DNA from: Hyaloraphidium curvatum SAG 235-1
Taxonomy: Eukaryota; Fungi; Monoblepharomycota
Assembly: GCA_025558095.1 (NCBI GenBank)
Contig: JAIVFI010000044.1
Span: forward strand, 191,022-255,021
Reading direction: 5' to 3'
Length of the DNA: 64,000 nt
Under the pieces are notes generated by a model. The model had not been told where the DNA came from. It did not search any database and worked only from the letters and a program-made list of their open reading frames with translations. Of the stretch, positions 59,088-64,000 are shown piece after piece; positions within the stretch are counted from its first letter, which is position 1, and each line of letters opens with the position of its first letter. The position numbers and the translations under genes are program-made.

Positions 59088-62000
59088 CTACATTCCGAGG
59101 GCCTCGGCCTCCCTAGCCACCTCATCGAGGAACTCGCCCACGCTCCCGAACACCTCGAGCTCCATGGCCCCGAACCGCCTCGCGATCCGCGCCGCCGCCT
59201 CGGTCCGCGCGCGGTCCTCCTCCGTCTCGACCGTCTCGACGGGCTCGAACCGCGCGAAGCTCTCCGACACCCGCTCGCTGCGCTCCACGATGCGCCGAGG
59301 GATCCCAGCCAGGCCGGCCACGTAGTTGCCGAACGATTTGGTCGCACGCCCCGGCGCAAGCCTGCCATCCATCGTCAATGCCGATCCTGCGATCGCCGAG
59401 CCCCAGCGCCGCCACCCACCGGTACAGGAACGTGAGCTCCTCCGCCGAACCCCCCTGCATCACCTCCATCACGCTGTAGCCCAACATTGACGATGGTTTC
59501 AAAAGCTCGTTCCGGAACACTTCGTGGAAGTGAGTCGCCACCGCCACCTTGGGGCACGCCGCCCCCTGGTCGACAAAGTGCTCCACGATCCCGCACAGAA
59601 GCGCGATCCCGTCCGCCGTCGCGGTGCCTTTGCCGAACTCGTCCAGCAGGACGAGGCTGCGCGGCGTGGCGAACAGGAGGGCCTGGTTGGCCTGCACGAG
59701 GTCGAGCATGAAGGCCGAGGCGTGCTTGGAGACCGTCTCGCGGGTCTGGATGCGGGCGAGGATGCGGTCGGTGAAGCCGACGACGGCCGAGTCGGCGGGG
59801 ACGAAGGAGCCTGAATGAAAGGGTCAGGCGTGGACGGACCACGTGTGCAGGCAAGAATCACCAATGTGGGCCATGAACACGATCAGTGCGATCTGCCGCG
59901 CAAGCAATGAGCCCAATCCACTCGCTCCCGGAGCCCGAGCAACCCACCTGCTTGAGGTAGGTGCTCTTCCCCGAGCAGTTGGCCCCCGACAGCATAAGCA
60001 CCCTCGTCCCACCCCCGGGCTCGTTGAACTTCACGTCGTTGCGCACGAACGTCTCGGCGACGATCTCCGACAGCGGGTGGCGGGCCCCACGGACGAGGAG
60101 CACGTTGGCGTCGGTCATGGCTGGCCGCGCGTAGCCGTGCTTCCTCGCCGCGGCCGCGAACGCGAGCAAGCTGAACGCCCGGCATCGGGTCAGCTGTTCC
60201 GTCCCATGCACGGCCCCGGAGGCATGTTCGACCCACCAATCCAGCTCTGCCAGCGCCTCGCACGCGCGTACCATCATCCCTCCGTGCTCCAGCACCGCCT
60301 CGGACAGCTGGTGCATCAGCTCGATCTCGCGGTCGGCGATCAGGCCGTGCACGTCGCCCAGCTCCGCGTCGAGGGCGCGCATGCGGTCCGATTTGTAGTA
60401 GACCGTGTTGGCGGTGCAGAACTGGTACTGCAGGCCCGGGATCTCGAAGTCGGCGGCGGTGCGCCATGTGGGCTGTAGGGGGACGGTGACGAGAAAGCCG
60501 AGCTGGGGGAAGTAGATGCCTGCAGAATGCGGGTAAGCAGTGCGCGCATGGGGGACGAGGGCAGGCGTACAGTTGAGGGTGCTGCCCGGCGGCAGGTCCA
60601 CGATCTCGGACATTTCCCTCGCGACCGAGGTCTGCGCCGCACAAATCAGCAAGCGCTCCCAGAAGACCGCTTGGCGCGGGAACGCACCAGGAAATCGTTC
60701 AGCCCCTCGTAGGTCCGCTTCATCTCGTCCAGCTCCTCGTCCACCCCGGGCTTGACCACGAACCTGCCCTCCTCGGCCGACGCGTCAAAGTCGCAGATCT
60801 CGTTGATGAGGCTGCCGATCTCGCGGAGGCTGGCGGCGTCGCATAGCGCCTGGAACTAGAGGCAGGGGGCGGGAGTCAGGTCATTGTCCGCCGGGATGGG
60901 CGGACAGGCTTGCTTGGCGATCGCCTCGATGGTTGTACCTCGTGGGAGCTCGCGGAGGGTGGACCGAATGCGGATGGCGTAGTAGGCGAATCTGACGGAA
61001 CAGTCAGCGTGGCCAAAGGGGCGTGCGGAAGATTGTACTCACTTGAGCAGGCTCTGGAAGTCGGCGCTGGTCGGCTGCACCCGCAGGTTCTGCACGACCC
61101 TCTGAGAAGCCCGGTAAGTTTTGCCGACAGAAACTGACCACGCACGAAGCCTACCCTGATGTTTCCGACCTGCTTGAGCGCCGTCCGGATCTGGTCCGCC
61201 GTGTGCTCGTACTCGGGCCTGACGAACATGGCCACGGCGTCGTGCCGGCCCTGGAGCACCTTCGGGTCCGCGCTGGGCTTGAGGAACCACGAGCGGAGGA
61301 GCCGCTTGCCCAGCGGGGTGAGAGTGGTGTCGAGGAGGCCGAAGAGGGAGAGGCCCTCCTTGCGGTGGGAGCTGTGCATGCTTGGGTGGCGGTCCTCGAT
61401 GAAGATCGACAGGGCCCTGTTGGCGCGGAGAATGAGCGGCAGGTTGTGTGCTCTGTGGCCGGATTGCTGACCTCAGCGTGTCTTCGCTGATCTGCAGGTG
61501 CGCCTCCAGCGCCATCTCCTCGACCCCCTCGAGCTCCACCTCGGGCACCGACGGCCCCTCGTCGTCCTCGTCCTCCTCGAGCTGCTTTCTCCCCCTCTTC
61601 TTGGTCTTCTGCTGCGGGGCGTCGCCCGCCACCAGAGACCGCTGCAGGTACGCCAGCAGCGCGCCCGCGGCCGTCACTGTTTCGCCGTTTCGCGTGCTGA
61701 GGTCGATCCGGCCAGACAGCCACGTCTCGGCCTCCTTTCGGTCCTCGAACGAGGGCACGTCGAACCCGTTGCCGAGGATGCGGACGGTGAGGAGGCGGTT
61801 GAGCGAGTTGGGGAAGGAGAACTCGGTGCTGGGCCTGACGTCGATGAAGGCGCGGTTGCCTTCGATGTTCTTGAGAAAGTCCAGGAAAGACTCGTCCGAG
61901 CGGGACGAGGTGATGATGCGGGCAGGTCGGAGCTGCAAGATCACTGCATGGGAGGAACTTATCAAAAAGACCATCAAGAAGGGCGGCTCCTGGGGGTTAT

Positions 62001-62906
62001 GACCTTGGTGGGCAACGGCGAACTTGTCCGTCTCCTCGCATTCCTGCATGAGGTAGAGAATACGTGTCGCAGGAAAGAAAGCAGCTGCCCCCAGCCTTTT
62101 CTTGCGATGCAAAAGGCACAGTACCACCTAAAGTCGCTCATTGAGCGGGCGTGCAATTGCAGCTTCGAGGAATCTCACCGCGTCGTCCTCCCGCACGTCC
62201 TCCTGCTCCGCGATGTTCTCCGACGACGCCTGGCTCGCATCGTCACGGATTTGAGCGGCCGAAGAGGTCACCACCGAGGCCGACGGGTCGATGTACATGT
62301 TTTGACTTGGAGGGGCGAAGCGGCCTTCTTGCTCGCAACGGTGCGCTTCCTGCCACGGATCCCGGGTCCGCCGCGTCCTCTGTCCGCTTCCGCGGCATCC
62401 TCGTCTCCTTCAACGGCATAGGCATTGTTCCCGTCCTCCCGGATGCGGAGATCGAACGCCGAGAATGCCTCGAAATCCAGCGGGTCCAGCGGTTTGATCG
62501 CTACGTGACTCGGGCCGGGGCTCGGCGAACGATCGTCCCCGCCTGCCCCTTGCCTGGCCCGCGCGACCAGTCCTTTGCTCTGCATAAGACGCGTCAATCG
62601 CCAGTCCTCGTGCTCCGGCGGCAGAGCGCGCTGGACGCGCACCTGCGGCGAGCGATCGTCCCCGTCAGCGTCGTCGAAGGTCAGGCGCGAACGGGCCGCT
62701 CTCCTCTTGGCCGCGCCGCTCCCTTGCGAGGGAGCATTTGCTTTCGAGGTGCGCGCTGGTGCCGCGGGCTGGCGGCCGACGGAGTCTTCGATCTCGTCTT
62801 GCGACGGTTCCGAACCCGGCGGCGAAAAGGAGATGCCCAGGCCCCTCACGGAGGGCTGGCCGGCGCCGGCTTCGATCGCCGGCGAGGGCGGAACACCGGC
62901 CGCCAT
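59088..62906 (-). CDS. MSH5: Meiotic MutS homolog Msh5
   Basis: KEGLSLFGLL; YFPQLGFL; YYKSDRMRALD; SGANCSGKSTYLKQ; SFVPA; RIQTRETVS..SAFMLDL; LLDEFGKGT (MSH5-type); ATHFHE; no N-terminal mismatch-binding domain. Confidence 0.93.
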
Positions 62907-63033
62907 GGAGCAACGCGCGCCGAAGTAGGGCTCCGCGTGGTGGTGCGAATGCTTCGAGGCTCGGCCAAGTCACTGGAACGACGACGCCCGCAGAACCAAA
63001 ACAAAAACACGGCAATCCCCGCGCTCCCACGAA

Positions 63034-64000
63034 ATGGCTTCGCAGCAGGGATCCTACGGTACGACGCTCTCGGCAAGAATTCTATTTTTTCAGCGTCTGA
63101 CTGGTCTCCGCGCCGCGATTCCGGGACTCGCGTGGGAACTAATGGGACCGCAGCGCTCCTGTCCGTTTCGGACAAAACCGGCCTCTTGGACCTGGCCAAG
63201 GGCCTGTCCGAGTGCGGTGTGCGGCTCATTGCTTCTGGGGGACCGCGAAAGCCATCCGGGACGCGGGATTGGAGGTCAGCGATGTCGCCGACATCACCCA
63301 GGCGCCGGAGATGCTGGGAGGCCGTGTCAAGACCCTCCACCCCGCTGTCCACGGCGGTACGTTGATGGATTACTGAAGGAAACATTCCATGTGTTTGATT
63401 GGAATTCTTTGCGGTCACCAGGAATTCTCGCTCGCGACATTCCCTCTGACAACGCCGACATGGCGGCCCGTGGCTACAATAAGATCGATTACGTGGTCTG
63501 CAACCTTTACCCGTTCGAAAAGACCGTGGCAAAGGAGGGTGTCACCATCCCGGAGGCGGTCGAGGAGATTGATATCGGTTGGTTCCTTGTCAAGCGCTGT
63601 TTCTTCCTCCCGACTTAGCTTTCCGTAGGCGGCGTCACGCTTCTCCGTGCCGCTGCCAAGAACCACGCTCGTGTCACAATTCTGTCGGACCCCGCGGACT
63701 ACGCCAGCTTCCTCACCGAGCTGAAGGCGAACAAGACCATCTCGGAGGCCACGAGGAAGACCCTTGCCCTGAAAGCGTTCACTCAGACTTCAGACTACGA
63801 CACGGCCATTAGCGGGTACTTCAGGGGCCAGTACGCGGCAGGAGAGCAGTTCCAGCCGCTCCGCTACGGCATCAACCCGCATCAGAAGCCCGCCAGCGTG
63901 TACGTTAAGCACGGAAAGCTGCCCTTCAAAGGTGAGCTCGTCGATTCCTTTCATTTGTCCCCCCAATTCACACCTTTCTTCAGTGTCGCCCGGCTCCCCA
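63034..64000 (+). CDS. ADE17: Bifunctional AICAR transformylase/IMP cyclohydrolase (Ade16/Ade17, ATIC), 5' part; -1 frameshift in a G run near 63240
   Basis: [11 protein letters not shown]; LIASGG(T)A; [17 protein letters not shown]; VVCNLYPF; [18 protein letters not shown]; LRYGINPHQ. Confidence 0.95.

Noticed and set aside
63232-63245. -1 frameshift in ADE16/17 (TCT GGGGG ACC) as programmed frameshifting
   Set aside because: One base is missing from a G homopolymer in an otherwise intact conserved gene; a consensus error is far more likely.
1-64000. Prokaryotic systems (CRISPR, operons, IS elements), tRNA/rRNA genes, transposons
   Set aside because: The window is spliceosomal-intron-rich eukaryotic DNA; I recognised no repeat-spacer arrays, transposase or RT motifs, terminal repeats or RNA genes by eye.

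Overview
This is a gene-dense, GC-rich eukaryotic window with many short GT-AG introns. Gene content (Whi5-like, CPA2, ADE16/17, HSF, MED7, MED31, RPC31, COG5, OST1) points to a fungus, and the accessory genes suggest an early-diverging, chytrid-grade lineage; this placement is inference. I reconstructed about 28 genes by splicing ORF fragments by eye. Housekeeping genes: DHR1 (frameshifted, truncated by the window edge), peroxisomal thiolase, MED7, COG5, OST1, CPA2, an OYE, a formin, MED31, RPC31, CDC14, HSF1, KGD1, acyl-CoA oxidase, Whi5-like, MSH5 and ADE16/17 (partial). Most are in tight head-to-head pairs. The most interesting items are accessory genes: (1) an intronless 7-TM protein with the architecture and TM7 signature of insect gustatory-receptor-like ion channels (10209-11921); (2) a spliced transcription-factor-like gene whose N-terminal domain resembles a phage/cyanobacterial HTH-type domain (42487-44960); (3) a mini-island with a myxobacterial-type Cys-rich secreted protein and a bacterial GH10 C-terminal relic (50180-51313); (4) a bacterial-type DUF4386 gene and a PTS1-tagged bacterial-type FAD monooxygenase; (5) tandem Crinkler/ubiquitin-like header proteins. 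Several small frameshifts suggest consensus errors and/or pseudogenisation. I recognised no tRNA, rRNA, CRISPR array or transposon. All family assignments come from motif recognition, not database searches, and exon boundaries are approximate.
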